Positions 11,476-25,065 of a stretch of DNA of 64,000 bases are shown here, piece by piece. Under the pieces are notes generated by a model. That model was not told the DNA's origin. It did no database searches and saw nothing but the letters and a program-made list of their open reading frames with translations. A program made the position numbers and the translations under genes. The stretch is from positions 2,050 through 66,049 of the forward strand of contig NW_021824832.1 of assembly GCF_006345805.1 (NCBI RefSeq), given 5' to 3'. Within the stretch, counting starts at the first letter, position 1, and every line of letters begins with the position of its first letter. This stretch comes from Octopus sinensis. Its lineage: Eukaryota.

Positions 11476-11982
11476 TATGTACAGTACAGTATTGTTTCTG
11501 CTTCGCAAGATTTTCACCTATCGCGGGTGGTTTTGGAACGTAACGCCCGCGATAGTCAAGGGATTACTGTACATATTTCAATTTTGGAGTTGCTCATATT
11601 TTGCCAATCACTTATTGTATTATTTTCTCATTCATTAATTTTATTTACGATCAGTGTTTATAATTACCCTTCTATTCTTCTCTGTATCTATCCTTCTTTC
11701 TATAAACGTCTTTATATCTTCTTCTATTTCCACCCCTTCTCAATATCTCTGTAATGTATTTACTGTCATTTTTTACACGTCTTTATGTTTATTTCATTAA
11801 TATGAACATGTACAGCTAAACAAACATATTTGTTTGTGTAGTATTTTTCTATTCTTTCCTTTTTTTAACTTCACTCATTAATTCAAAATTTACGATTCTA
11901 AGTGAGTGTGTCTATTTATTTATATAAATGTATATGTGGGTGCATCTGTAAGTGCATGTACGTCAATGTTTATACATGTATA

Positions 11983-12314
11983 AAGGGTAAAGACCCCCTT
12001 CGGTCATGAGTGACCATGGGTTTGCACCTAGAGAGTTACCCTCTGAGGCACAAGTCTGAGCAAGGTTGTTTTTATGGAAGACCAGTAGTCGCCCATGCAT
12101 ACCGGCCTCCCCTCTCCACGCCACCAGTGTTATCCAAGGGAAAGACAAAGGTCGATACAGCTTGGCACCTGTGACGTCGCAACTCGTTTCTACAGCTGAG
12201 TGAACTTGAGCAAGTGTCTTGCTCAAGAACACAACACGCAGCCCGGTCCAGGATTCGAGCTCACAACCTCACGATCGTAAGCTCGACGCTCTAACCACTG
12301 AGCCATGCGCCTTC
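11983..12314 (-). mobile_element. SINE family C, full length with 12-bp TSD
   Basis: Head GGCTCAGTGGTTAGAGC..GAGCTCGAATCC; TSD tatacatgtata at 11971-11982 and 12318-12329; homologues at 45655 and 57054. Confidence 0.88.
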
Positions 12315-12318
12315 CTAT

Positions 12319-12357
<39 letters not shown>

Positions 12358-12431
12358 ATACGCGAGAGTAAACACATAATGTGTGAAACAAGGTGGAAAA
12401 AAGAGTACTCAAATACCAGTGGTAGAGTAAT

Positions 12432-12587
12432 ATGCTTTATTTTAAGCAGCAGAAAATTCAACAAAATCTGTTACTCTGAGTTTCTCGTTGCCGTTCATCA
12501 GACAGTTTTTGCTAAACTGTCTGATGAACGGCAACGAGAAACTCAGTGTAACAGATTTTGTTGAATTTTCTGCTGCTTAAAATAAAG

Positions 12588-12590
<3 letters not shown>
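12432..12590. repeat. Near-perfect 77-bp fold-back palindrome with 5-nt loop
   Basis: 12432-12508 is the reverse complement of 12514-12590 with 2 mismatches. Confidence 0.95.
12517..12554 (+). ncRNA. Minimal type I hammerhead ribozyme motif (mirror copy on minus at 12468-12505)
   Basis: ctgt-CTGATGA-a-cg(gcaa)cg-a-GAAA-c..gt-A-acag: intact core, helix I ctgt/acag, GUA cleavage triplet at 12548-12550. Confidence 0.7.
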
Positions 12591-12668
<78 letters not shown>

Positions 12669-12863
12669 CACACTCACACATACTCAGACAGACATACACC
12701 TGTGTGTGTGTGTGTGTATACATGTAGATATATACGTGAAAATAAAATAAAGAGACAAGTGGTTTTAGGATAAACATCTTCCTCGAAAATGTGAAAGAGT
12801 TAATGTGATTCTCGGCACCAATTGTCTACTTTATTGAATGTAAACAAACGTCTTTGAACTTTG

Positions 12864-13129
12864 TTGTGTCAGGGGAGAGTCATTTTCTTTTTGTATCTTA
12901 TAATTTAACACACTCACCGGTAAAATTTCCACTTATTTCTTATTATTCTTTTCCTAAAATTTTCGTTGCGTCTTGCAACCTTTTCAAGAGTGTTGGCTAA
13001 GAGTCAGAACTATTGAAAAGGTTGCAAGATTCAACAAAAATTTTAGAAAAATAAAAATAAGTGGAAATTTTACTGGTGACTTTGTTAAATTATAAGGCAC
13101 AAAAAGAAAATGACTCTCCCCAGACACAA
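12864..13129. repeat. Fold-back inverted repeat with ~130-bp arms and almost no spacer
   Basis: ttgtgtcaggggagagtcattttctttttg..ttgcaaccttttcaa is mirrored by ttgaaaaggttgcaa..caaaaagaaaatgactctccccagacacaa. Confidence 0.9.
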
Positions 13130-13572
13130 TAGAATATGTTTCAACACACGAACTCACATAAAGAATCTCGCAAACCAAATCCAGAAACGAAATATAATAA
13201 TCTTTAGCCAAGCTAGCAAGACACTGAGAAACACCGTGTCTTTGAATTTGTTTTACCCTATGGTCCACAACTATAAATTATATTTGGTCCCCTTTCCTGT
13301 TATATATAATTTTTAATTGTCAGTTTCATGGTACTCCTAAATTGTACATCTTATAAATCGGTACATTTCATTGCAATTTCAATGGCTAAAAATCAACCGA
13401 TTAGTCAACGACTCATTATATCACTCTGAAGTCAATATGGACTGATGAGCGTCAGAAATGCGTAATGTACATGTAATTGCCCCCCAAAATTGTATACCGT
13501 CTAGAGCAAAACTAAGATTCTTAGCGAAGCAATTGCTGCAACATTACAATCGTTTGTTGTGTGTGTGTGTGT

Positions 13573-13610
<38 letters not shown>

Positions 13611-13742
13611 TCTGATATTAAGTAAAAAAAATCTCATCATTTATTGAACATACAATTAAAGATTGGTTACAGAATGAAATGTATTATATGTTTATTATGT
13701 ATTATATATTTATTATATGTTGGGTAAAATACTAACTTTTAC

Positions 13743-13975
13743 CTATTTCTTTACTATCCACAAGGGACTAAACACAGAGGGGACAAACAAGGACAGACAA
13801 ACGGATTAAGTCGATTATATCAACACCAGTGCGTAACTGTACTTATTTAATCGACCCCGAAAGGATGAAAGGCGAAGTCCACCTCGGCGGAATTTGAACT
13901 GAGATCGTAACGGCTGACGAAATACCGCTAAGCATTTCGCCCGGCGTGCTAACGTGTCTGCCAGCTCGCCGCCTT
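13743..13975 (-). mobile_element. SINE family A, full copy
   Basis: High similarity to 7411-7643. Confidence 0.88.
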
Positions 13976-13984
13976 TAACAGTAA

Positions 13985-14150
13985 TCCTTTCTACTATAGG
14001 CATAAGGAATGCAATTTGTGGGTAGGGGACTAATCGATTAGATCGACTCCAGTGTTTTACTGGTAGTTAAAGGATGAATGGCAAAGTCTTCCCCGGCAAA
14101 ATTTGAACTTAGAACTTAACGACGACTGAAATATTCAACCAACTATTAAA
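13985..14150 (-). mobile_element. SINE family A, diverged copy with alternative tail
   Basis: tcctttctactataggc tail plus central-domain remnants; the same tail occurs at ~965-1010 (+). Confidence 0.65.
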
Positions 14151-14557
14151 AACTAGGCACTCCCTTAACTAAAAAAAATAAAGCCTTGTCTTTTTGTTAG
14201 CGAGTGACTTGAACGCTCTCAAGAAGAACTGAAATAAAACTCAAAGAAAAAAAAAACACATTTATAAATGATAATCTTCCTCGAGATCTTGTTTCTCCAC
14301 TGGGGAATCTCTGAGTAGCCTCATTGACTAAAATATAAATATTATTAGTGTCTACTATGATATTGAGCATTCTTTCTTCTGACATTCAACATTAAAATCA
14401 CACACATATAGACACACATAGACACACACACACACACATGTTTTACATTCTCTTCCTCCTAATTATCTTGGACTCTACCTCTTCCTTTCACTCCCTCTCT
14501 CTCTATCAGTCCTACTCTCTCTCTGTCACCCTGTCTTCATCTCTCTCCCCAAACAAC

Positions 14558-14613
<56 letters not shown>

Positions 14614-15354
14614 ACATTTCATTTGGCATACTCCTTTGGTATCTTATATTGAGATTGTTCTCATTTTATCTTGATTTCGTCCCCATTTTCAACTTCCTGC
14701 TTCCCTATTATTTTCTATCATCGCCTACTTACTCTTCTCATCTATCTCTTTCTCTTATACACTCTCCCTTATTTCTCTATCTTCACTTCTTTCTCTTCCT
14801 CTATTTCACTCTTTTCCGTATATCTTAATCTTATCCTCCCAAAATTACTCTTTCTCCCCTTCGTCGAATCTTTCCCCACTCCTCTCGTTCTTCTCTCATA
14901 TTCTCTATCTTATAATCTTTTTCTTGTTACCCTCCCCCATAATTGCTTTCTCCCATCTAATATATAATTCTCTATGTCCAAATATAGATTACATACTCTA
15001 TCACTATTCTCACTCGTTTCCTTTCTCTTTTCATTCCACCACGTATATTTACGAAACAAGTTCATCATGTCTGTCTCATTCCCACCCTCTCCATCTTTCT
15101 CTCTCTCTCTCTTTCCTTCTCTCTCTCTCATTACCAGCGTCTCTACGTTTCTCCATCTCACAACTCTCTCGTTTTCTACCAATCATACCTCTGTCTTTAT
15201 CGTTTCAATATGTGGCTTCTTTTACTTCTTATTTCACGCCCAACACATGCCATGCCCCTAACTGCTTAAGATGAATATGAGAGAATCTGATAAAACATTT
15301 AATCGTCTTATCTTACAAGAAAGAAATAACAAAATGACATGGGCAGGAAGCCGT

Positions 15355-15390
15355 ATAATAATAATAATAATAATAGTAATAATAATAATA

Positions 15391-15435
<45 letters not shown>

Positions 15436-15457
15436 GATGATGATGATGCTGACGATG

Positions 15458-15504
<47 letters not shown>

Positions 15505-15535
15505 CATAATAATAATAATAATAATAATAATAATC

Positions 15536-15582
<47 letters not shown>

Positions 15583-15690
15583 TAGATAATACAACCACTA
15601 CTACCAACACCACTACTACTACTACTCCTGCTGCTGCTGCTACTGTTATTATTACTACTACTACTACTACTAGTAGTAGGAGTAGTAGTC
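15355..15690 (+). repeat. (AAT)n/(GAT)n/(ACT)n compound microsatellite
   Basis: Direct reading. Confidence 0.95.
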
Positions 15691-16779
15691 ACAGGAACCC
15701 ATTCATTTTTACAAAGGACTTACAAAATCTTGGGGCACGTACAATCGCGGTTAATGGTTGTGAACGGAAGCGTTGTACAATGTATTATGTATACAATATA
15801 GTTGAGGAATTTGACGATCTCGATAAAATAAATTATACACAAATAGAAAGACAACTTCATATATGTACATGAAGATACGTACATACAGGATAACACAAAT
15901 ATGCACGTGTGAGAGTTTTGATCTATGGACACCCAAATAAGATTTACCTAGACATTTTCCTTTATTTTCGTACTAGAAGCCGGTACTCCTCTGGACGGTG
16001 CCTGTGAATTCTTTGGGTATTGAACATGGCATCAAGCTACTTCCTTTGAATTATTGCACTCCATCCGCGCATACAATTTTAATGCTCGTTTTCGTTTACC
16101 GATTGTTTATGATTCAAATAATTCTCAAAATTAACCCAAATATGGACATCAATAATTACTAAAAGGCAACTTCACTGTAGTTACTGTGCAGAAAATATCT
16201 CTATAGAAATATTTTCAGTAACTGCAGTGAAGTTGAAATATGTCACAAACATATTTTAACTAACCTAAAGTTTGCTTATACCTAAACACTGATTGGCGCT
16301 AACATTTCATCAATTCTTACATTGATTCGTTGTTCTTCCTTAATTTGTTCAATGGATCCGTTATTTCTTCGCTGGTTATTTAATTGTAAATTTTGCGCAA
16401 CGTCGTAGGGGCGGTATCCTCTTAATGTGTTCTTACCTGTCTTCAGTTTCGACTCTAATTTCTGTTTGACTCCCTCACCTTCACACACACACACACACTT
16501 ATTTTGTTCGTAGTGTTTCCGATAGTTTGCCAGATCCCTTATTTTTGCATTCTAACGCAATGCTTATAGGGCGTCTGTGTGGTTCAACCGGTCAAAACCT
16601 CTAGTCAGCTGAATATAGCGAACTTTTTCGGTTTGTTAGTCGTTCGCTTCTGGTCTTGAGGATGTGATATTTATTTTTCACTCTTTGGGTGATGACGAAT
16701 TGTAGTGATTACTAAAATGTATCTATTCTAGTCTTTGCTACCTTTTTATTTTATTTTTCTTGCACTGCTGTTGTACATT

Positions 16780-17500
16780 TCCTTCTTCCTTTGCTTAACT
16801 TCCGTTTCTGGCCATAAAGCTCTTAAGTACATCTTTCTCCCACATATATACCAGCTTCTTCTGTGCTAGTACGCGTGTGAATGCAAATAGAATATATTTC
16901 TCCGATTGATATTGTCCGTAGAAGGCAATTCTTTGGTAGTCTTCGGAAGCCATTATATCTTGCATGTTCATTTACACAACACACCTAACCCTATTTTTGC
17001 CTTTTACATCTACGCTTGCGTACTGCCAGTATTTTTGCCCAAATGCCTGATTATACACGAAGCAATCCATATCGATACTCTAACCGAAACCCATCTCACA
17101 ATATAAACAATACAATCATTGAGAAGGAACGGGTAGAGTACAGCAGCTCTCAAAGTTTTCTCGTCCCATCTATAGTCAACACAGCAAGTACATACTTCCA
17201 TACGTCCGCATCGATAAAGTAGATATTATATCATAACTCAGCCAGTGTTTCCTCTGCTGATCCTTGTATGGTGGCACGGAGAAACTCAGCTCATTCTTCG
17301 ACAAGCTGACGTAATTTCCTCCTTGCTATTTCCTTGAGAAAATCTTCCCGACAAGTAGACATATTCAGTTTAAAATGCTTCTCCCATGCTTTCTTTTTTT
17401 TTTCTTTTTTGCAGGACCTGATCCATACGGAACCCTTCCATCTGGCTCACGACGGTCATACAACACGTTCTGCCGTCGTTGGTTTCTCCGTGAAAATCTA
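16780..17500 (-). mobile_element. Decayed RTE-clade LINE RT/C-terminal relic
   Basis: Across frames: GNSKEEI, MRTYGS, RRLPKNCLL, in RTE order; many stops. Confidence 0.4.
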
Positions 17501-18148
17501 ATGAAAACATTAGATTGTTGTCACCCACCTATGTGTATCAAAGTGTAAAATCTGGATTTACAAATGTTTACGCTTGTCGAATCGCTTTCTGACTGTTTAC
17601 ATAACTATGCTTGTTTGTTCAATAGTTCTAATTACATATTTTGATTGTGTTTACCTTGTTTTGAGATTTTATTTATAATTTTTCGTTCGCGGCGTATTTA
17701 CTGCTCTAACTAGCAAACCTTACAGCACCACCAAAATAAGCTATGTTGAAACACAAATAAACGAGTGCGAAGGGTAAATCATATTTTTGCTTCAAGATAA
17801 GAAGGTGTGCATTCAAACGTTCCTCAATTACTTGCTAACAAAATGAAACAAAACAACACTTACTTTCCATCAAAATAAACTTGATAAATCTTTCGCGGAA
17901 TTGCGTTAAACACATCAAACCGGTACAAAAACACACGAACGCCGTTAACACTACCTCCACCAAAGACACCACTACCAACAACAACAACAACATCAACAAT
18001 AGCTACTTTGTTTTAGTATTAATTTTTGAAGTGGATAATTAAAACTACCACCACCACTATCCCGACCATGACCAATACCACCACAGTTACAAGTAATAGT
18101 AACAACAGCAAAAATACTATAAGTAGTAGTAGTAGTAGTAGTAGTGGT

Positions 18149-18211
<63 letters not shown>

Positions 18212-18638
18212 TATAATCTTATATCTTTTCAAGATGTCTCTCGATGTGACAATCTGCTCGAGGTAATAACAAGAGATAAAAGCTAACGATCAGACAGATA
18301 TACGGCTAATCATGTTATTGGCGTTTAGTGTAAAATGCGAATTTACGTAAAAGTCCGTCTGCTAGACAGTTCTGTGTGTTTATGTGTATATATGTGCATA
18401 TCCATATATATATATATGTCTGTGTGTGTGTGAGTATGCGTGTGTATATGTTTGTGTGGAAACTGAATCACAGCCAGCACATACACACGTGAAAAAAGCT
18501 CACCTGTACAAACCATTATACTGATAATGATCACTGTTTTACAGACGTTGATCTCAGTCCAATAATTCGTTTGAAGTACTTTGTGTTGTTTCCTTTTCTC
18601 CTTTTAACTCTTTGGCTATCTCAATCTATACTAGTATT

Positions 18639-18673
<35 letters not shown>

Positions 18674-19458
18674 TATGATATAATAATATGATATATATAT
18701 ATATATCTATATATATATATAATATATATAATTATATATATATATATATCATTTATGTATATATACATAATATATTATATGTATAATACGTATGTATGTA
18801 CGTCATACATATGTATATATATATACATTAATAAGTGTATGTATGTGTGTATATGTATGCATGTATTTGTAGGTGTAGGTATATATGTATATATATAAAT
18901 GATATATATATATCTATCTGTGTGTGTACATGTGTGTATATAAATATATATACATATATATATACACACACACACATCCCTTCAATATTTTACATATTTA
19001 GTTGTATCTTTTGCGTTTATTTCATTTATAAACTTAATTTCTGCTCTTTTCTTTTCTCCTAATTTTCAATAATAATTTTCACCTTGGCTGCAAGGACATA
19101 TATTTTAGGAGAAGAACAAGTGTCGGTCAAATCACGTCTCATTACATTACTTAAATAGCTTCTACCTTATCTATATTTAAAAACAAAACAAAAAGAAAAA
19201 ATAATAAAAAACAAACGCAAATTGGCAGGAGTGAAAAACTGAAATTGTTAAGGGACCTAAGAAAATACTCAAAGGAATACAAACGGATAATAGTGCTAGT
19301 GGTCTGGAAGTATGCTCTCCAACAGTGCATTTCTCCATCCGATACTTGTTGGTGATACCTTACTCCGGCTGGATGGCACCTTTGCGCCACTCAGGTCACA
19401 ATCCTTCAAAACATGGTTTGGGTAATCGTTGTTGTCTTTAAAAATATATAAATTGTAA

Positions 19459-19689
19459 GCGAGCTGGCAGAATCGTTAGCATGCCGGGCGGAATGCTTAG
19501 CGGTATTTCGTCTGCCGCTACGTTCTGAGTTCAAATTCCGCCGAGGTCGTCTTTGCCTTTCTTCTTTTCGGGGTCGATTAATTTAAGTACCAGTTACGCA
19601 CTGGGGGTCGATATAATCGATTTAATCCGTTTGTCTGTCCTTGTTTGTCCTCTCTGTGTTTAGCCCCTTGTGGGTCGTAAAGAAATAGC
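19459..19689 (+). mobile_element. SINE family A, full copy (first unit of a tandem dimer)
   Basis: gcgagctggcagaatcgttagc..gttcaaattccgccgagg..aaagaaatag. Confidence 0.9.
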
Positions 19690-19873
19690 TATTTCGTCTG
19701 CCGCTACGTTCTGAGTTCAAATTCCGCCGAGGTCGACTTTACCTTTCATCCTTTTGGGGTCGATAAATTAAGTACCAGTTACGCACTGGGGATCGACATA
19801 ATCGACTTAATCCGTTTGTCTGTCTTTATTTGTCCCCTCTATGTTTAGCCCCTTGTGGGCAATAAAGAAATAA
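19690..19873 (+). mobile_element. SINE family A, 5'-truncated second unit
   Basis: Starts at tatttcgtctgccgctacg and ends gggcaataaagaaataag. Confidence 0.9.
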
Positions 19874-19875
19874 GA

Positions 19876-20031
19876 AGCTTGCTTTCCAACTACATGGGTC
19901 TAGCCTCAGTCCCACTGTGTGGCACCTTCGACAAGTGTCTTCTTCCATAGCCTCAGACCGACCAATGACTCTGAATGTATTTGGTAGATGGAAATTGAAA
20001 GAAGCCCGCCGCACATACATATATATATATA
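19876..20031 (+). mobile_element. SINE family B, 5' half
   Basis: cagtcccactgtgtggcaccttcgacaagtgtcttc..gaaagaagcccg. Confidence 0.8.
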
Positions 20032-20051
20032 CATATATACATATATATATA

Positions 20052-20110
<59 letters not shown>

Positions 20111-20509
20111 ATGAGAGTTTAGATAATCAAACGAATGGTTTATACCAAGTAGCTTACTGGTAAAGCACAGTCACTTTCACACTGTTCGTTATGTATCTGA
20201 TTAATTAGAGGCGGAAGAGTTTTCAGTAATCACTACAATCGTTTCGATACTTGTATAATCGATACTTCACGGGTGGGATACTTAACAGCTGCTTCAGGTG
20301 CATCCGACGGTGCAGACGTGTCTCTTTCGATGATGACGTATTGTAGTGATTACTAAAAGCTCTTCTCGTATCTTCCATCTTCCGTCTCTCATTAACCATG
20401 GGTGCGTGTGTTTGTGTATGTGCGTGAGTGTGTTCGTGTGTGTGTGTGTGTGTATGTGTGTGTGTGTGCGTGTGTGTGTGTGTGTAAGACAGAGAGAGAG
20501 AGAGAGTCG

Positions 20510-20705
20510 ATGTCTCCGTTTTTGTCCACCATCACCACTTAAAAATGGGTATTGTTGTGTTTATATTCTCGTAACTTAGCGGTTCAGCAAACGGTCAATA
20601 GAATAAGTACTAGGTTTTAAAAAACATAAGTTCTGGGGTAGATTTTTGTTCCAGAATGGCCGCAGCCAAATAACTGAAACAATTAAAAGATTAGAAAAGT
20701 AAAAT
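20510..20705 (+). mobile_element. SINE family B, 3' half
   Basis: gtaacttagcggttc..tagaataagtactagg..atggccgcag..ctgaaac. Confidence 0.75.
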
Positions 20706-21659
20706 AAAATATATGTTGGCGGGGGGCGGGTTTGTGTCTTTGTGTTTGTCCTCTAACACATCCTGACAACCATTACTGAGTAATTTACGTTCGCATAACT
20801 TAGCGGTTCAGCAAAAGTAATCATTTTAGTACGTATCAGACTTAAACATAAGTACTGTGGTTGACCAATGACTAAAAGAAATGAAAGATAACAAAATATG
20901 TAACGAAATGCATCAACGGGTGACGGGAGTCTTTTTCTTAGCCGTACGTACTCTAAATTACCACTAGAAATTATCTCAAATCATGGGAAATATGTTTATA
21001 TAGGGATGAGAAATATAGTTTTTGACAAAATAATAAATAAATAAATAAATAGTATGATGACCACGCCAAGTGTAATTTTTGCAATAGATGAGCTGATCAG
21101 GGCAGAGTTGTGGCTAAACAACATCGGCAGCAGCAAATTAAAACTAATTTAAAATTTGTATTGAACCTGTATTAAGGTGATTTTTGTAAATTACATTACA
21201 TCGTTTCTCATCTGAGCCAAGTTTTACTGACTTTCTCTAGGCATGAGATAGAAATAGTGAAGTATAGACTCAGTGATATCGATCTGTGCATTCTCAAATC
21301 CAGTGCTGCGAGCTTGTTCCTAACCACCTGTTTCAAATATCTTAATATCTGCTGTCATGAAATTATAGGCTGCCGATTGACGATCATGTCCTTCTAGTTC
21401 GAGTGCTCACGTCTTTAAAGGAATCATTATTGAGTTGCTTTAAACACAATATTCGGATATGTACACACACACATACACATGGGAGTGTGTGAAAGTACCT
21501 TCACTACCTCTCAGGTTCCGTTGTCTTGTACGGCTGAGGTAACACCTGAATTATTTCTATTAATACAAATCACACATTTTATCAAATCGATACCTTCTAC
21601 ACAATTCCTTGATGAACTTATCCTATATTAAGTTATAGTGTTGAATTACCTGTGTCAAG

Positions 21660-21872
21660 AAGGCGGCGAGCTGGTAGAAACGTTAGCACGCTGGGCGAAA
21701 TGCGTAGCCGTATTTCGTCTGCCGTTACGTTCTGAGTTCAAATTCCGCCGAGGTCGACTTTGCCTTTCATCTTTTCGGGGTCGATAAATTAAGTACCAGT
21801 TACGCACTGGAGTTGATATCTGTCCTTGTTTGTCCCGTCTGTGTTTAGCCTCTCGTGGGTAGTAAAGAAATA
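21660..21872 (+). mobile_element. SINE family A, copy with short internal deletion
   Basis: aaggcggcgagctgg..gtagtaaagaaata. Confidence 0.88.
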
Positions 21873-22129
21873 ATTAAGTTATATGTCTGAATATAAGAAG
21901 GCATGCTTAAAAATAGATATTGGTGTCTTCTACCGCATCTGACTTTAGGCAAAAGACAAAAAAAAATTGTAAATCATATCTAAATGCGTAATTCCCTTAA
22001 GCCGCCTAATTCGAAAACCTCAGATTGAATGTTACTGAGTTGGGGTATATAAACGCAAACATTACGTAGAAAATGCGCGGCGTAATTGTGTACAAAGATA
22101 AATCAAGGTATTTTTCAATATCAAATCGA

Positions 22130-22780
22130 TATTTTAACATGGATATTCGATATAGGTATTTTATTAAATGCTATTGCGAGGTCATCTCCAGTACATCCCG
22201 TAATCATTCTGAACTGTGTTCCATTAAGAGGTTAGGAATTTTTTTAATGCTGGAGAATATTGTGAGTATAGTTTCTTGACAGGTACGAATGTTCTGATTT
22301 AATTATATTTGCGTTATGCTAAACACAATATTAACTCCTTGGAATGCATCTTTTGCAATTCTCCGTCCAATCTCTTAAATTTTTAGGAATGAGTAAAATG
22401 TACTCCTGCGTACTATGTTTCAGGAATCAGCTTTTGTGATTTATTATTTACACACACCGACATACTTCGCACACAATTTTCCATGTCTCTCAACATCAAT
22501 AGTTCACATATAAAATCGATTAATATATCTACGACTACCAACTAATCTGTTTTGAGCTTTTCCATAATTACTTTACTCCTATATTGACTACCAAACGCCA
22601 CCTACAAAGCCCGCCCTTGTAAAATATTTAGATGCAATTCTTTCTTGTTGTAGACTCCATTTTTTTCTCATTTCTCCTTCTTCAGCTCTCGCACTTGATC
22701 TCACAAATGCCGAACAATAAATCCTAACAGCAGATAATGAGTCTCCGATACGGTTTACAATCATTTTAGAACTCACAACA
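22130..22780 (-). mobile_element. Decayed RTE-clade LINE RT relic
   Basis: EIGRRIAKDAFQ resembles RTE EI.RRI.IAK.AF; surrounding frames are degenerate. Confidence 0.45.
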
Positions 22781-22816
22781 AAACTTTCTTTTGCCGGTAT
22801 ATGTTTCTTACACTGC

Positions 22817-22871
<55 letters not shown>

Positions 22872-23150
22872 GTTTAATTTATTACGGTTTAATTGCAGGG
22901 GTCTAGAATACAGTTCTTCTATGATTAAAAGCGTTTCAGATATGACCATCTCGTTCATTTTCAGGCATTGTATACTCTATATTTCATTGTGCTCTTTTTC
23001 AAAATATGGTAAAAATATGATCTGAGGAAGATAAAAGTTAGGTTGCTCTTCTCCGTAAAGCAATGTATCACATTCAAGTTATCTAGCAGACCTACTTATG
23101 CTGTTTTAAATGTACGCCCGTATGTCTGCACAAACACACATACATAGGCG

Positions 23151-23215
<65 letters not shown>

Positions 23216-24879
23216 CATACATATATATCCTTATACGTGTGTATGTGTGTGTGTATGTGTGTTATGTGTGTGTATGTGTGTGTGTGTGTTTGTATGTGTG
23301 TGTGTGTTGTGTGGTGTATGTGTTTAAGCGGTTGCTAAAAGTATGGTATAATTAGCCACTAGTCGGTAAGATTCCCCCTAGGTGCTCACTGTATTTGCGA
23401 GAAATAGCGACCAAATCTATTTTAAGGTATATATATATATTCACCTTCAAAACAAATTAACTGATTAGATAAAGTTGTCCCAGTTCGGCTCAGTTTCAAC
23501 CGGACTAGAATAAATGAGCGCATGTCGGAACTTGTCTTCTAGTAGACAATAGCTTGATATACTTGGAATAAGTGCCATATACCAGCGCGGTGATAGCTGA
23601 CATAGAGCTACATGCAACAACCGCGTAAGTAGAACACTACGATCATCAGCACACATACAGCTACCTTAGGCACATTTCCAACTTGGGACGTGGTAAACTA
23701 ATACCGCATCGCTGTCTCTCCAAATACGTGAACCGTTAGAAATAACAGTCAAATTTCATTTCATTCATATCCTATTCTCATAAAAAATTGAAAGGACATT
23801 TTACATAACACAATCCTTGCTAATTTCAATGGACTGGTCATGGTAAAGGTGGAACATATTTAATGAAAAATTTCCTCGAACAGAGCTGGCGTGGTGATCG
23901 ATAACACAGGATATCAAAGCTTTTACAATGCAAACGGTACCTGTGCGACCACGACTGTCATTAATTCAACTACTAACACCACCTACTTTACAGATACTAT
24001 CTCCAGAACTACTATCAATACTACAATTTATGGTTCCGTTTACTACCATCGACACCATGCTCACTAAATGAAACACAATCCTCGCCTTATTAAACACTTA
24101 TCGAGATCGCCTTCAACAACCCTAGCGCCATCACCGCCACCGAAAATAAATTACAGTTTCATTTCCTTCACCAAGCCAACCAGCAACACAACATACCGCA
24201 CGAAAACACAATATTATTTTCTCCTAAACCAATGCTGCCACTACTAGCGGTATTGCCATATACTGCATCACACCCTTACCAGTCCAACCACAACCACCAC
24301 CATTCAGTTTCACCATCACCACTGCTACCACTAAGCATTTCATCAGCAACAACCATTTTCGCCACGTGCAACATAGAACTAATTCAAGCACTACCACAAA
24401 AACCACGTCTAGTTCCAACACCACCACCTTCACCGCTAGCACGTGGACCCACACCACCTTCAGGACTACCATCAAAACCCTCTTCACCACCATCATTTTC
24501 ACCATCATTCCTACCAACGCAACTAAGTCTTTATCAAATAACACATTTAATCAAACAACATTTGATAGAGCCAATTGAGATCGATCAATTAATCAGCAAT
24601 TCTTTGCAATTATCATGTCTGTAAATTAGAAATTGTTCTGTTGTTTAAAGAGGGGAAAAAAACCAGTAGTGAAACTGGGTCAATGCAGAAGACCGGTGAA
24701 TATAACATCTAGAGGAAAGTTCAGACAAATGAACCTGTAAAGCTGGTCTTTGATATCGAACCTGCTTTAACAGCCACGCGCTTTATTATGTTAGCCCCTC
24801 ACCTGTTTACTTGTTCACCTGAACGGTTGCTGCCGCCGTTTCCGCTGTACACTGTCAGTATCGTTTCAAATTCCGTCAT

Positions 24880-25065
24880 AAGACCAGCAATTTCGTCAAC
24901 TAGCAAATGCAGTTAAGGCGATTACGTCGGCCCCAATACTCAACTAGTACCTATTTTATCGACCCCGAAAGAATGAAAGGTAAATGCAACCTCGGCGGAA
25001 TTTGAACTCAGAATGTAAATACGGACAAAGTGCTGCTAAACATTTTGCGCAGCTCTCCGCTTTAC
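24880..25065 (-). mobile_element. SINE family A, diverged fragment
   Basis: tcgaccccgaaagaatgaaagg..cctcggcggaatttgaactcagaa. Confidence 0.7.

Noticed and set aside
13435-13475. ctgatgagcgtcagaaatgcgta hammerhead-like string
   Set aside because: Helix I cannot be formed and helix II does not pair.
17390-17505. Strong polyT-CAG acceptor with downstream open frame
   Set aside because: Lies within the minus-strand RTE-like relic, where the T-run is an A-rich expansion; no donor found.
18234-18262. 29-nt exon-like AG..GT segment
   Set aside because: Directly after a microsatellite; such pairs are expected by chance in 64 kb.
21515-21538. 24-nt exon-like segment (VPLSCTAE)
   Set aside because: Splice-like motifs only, with no further support.
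24224-24624. Pro/Ser/Thr-rich 130-aa ORF and its antisense ORF
   Set aside because: Decayed ACC/CAC cryptic repeat; low complexity and no splice or domain evidence.
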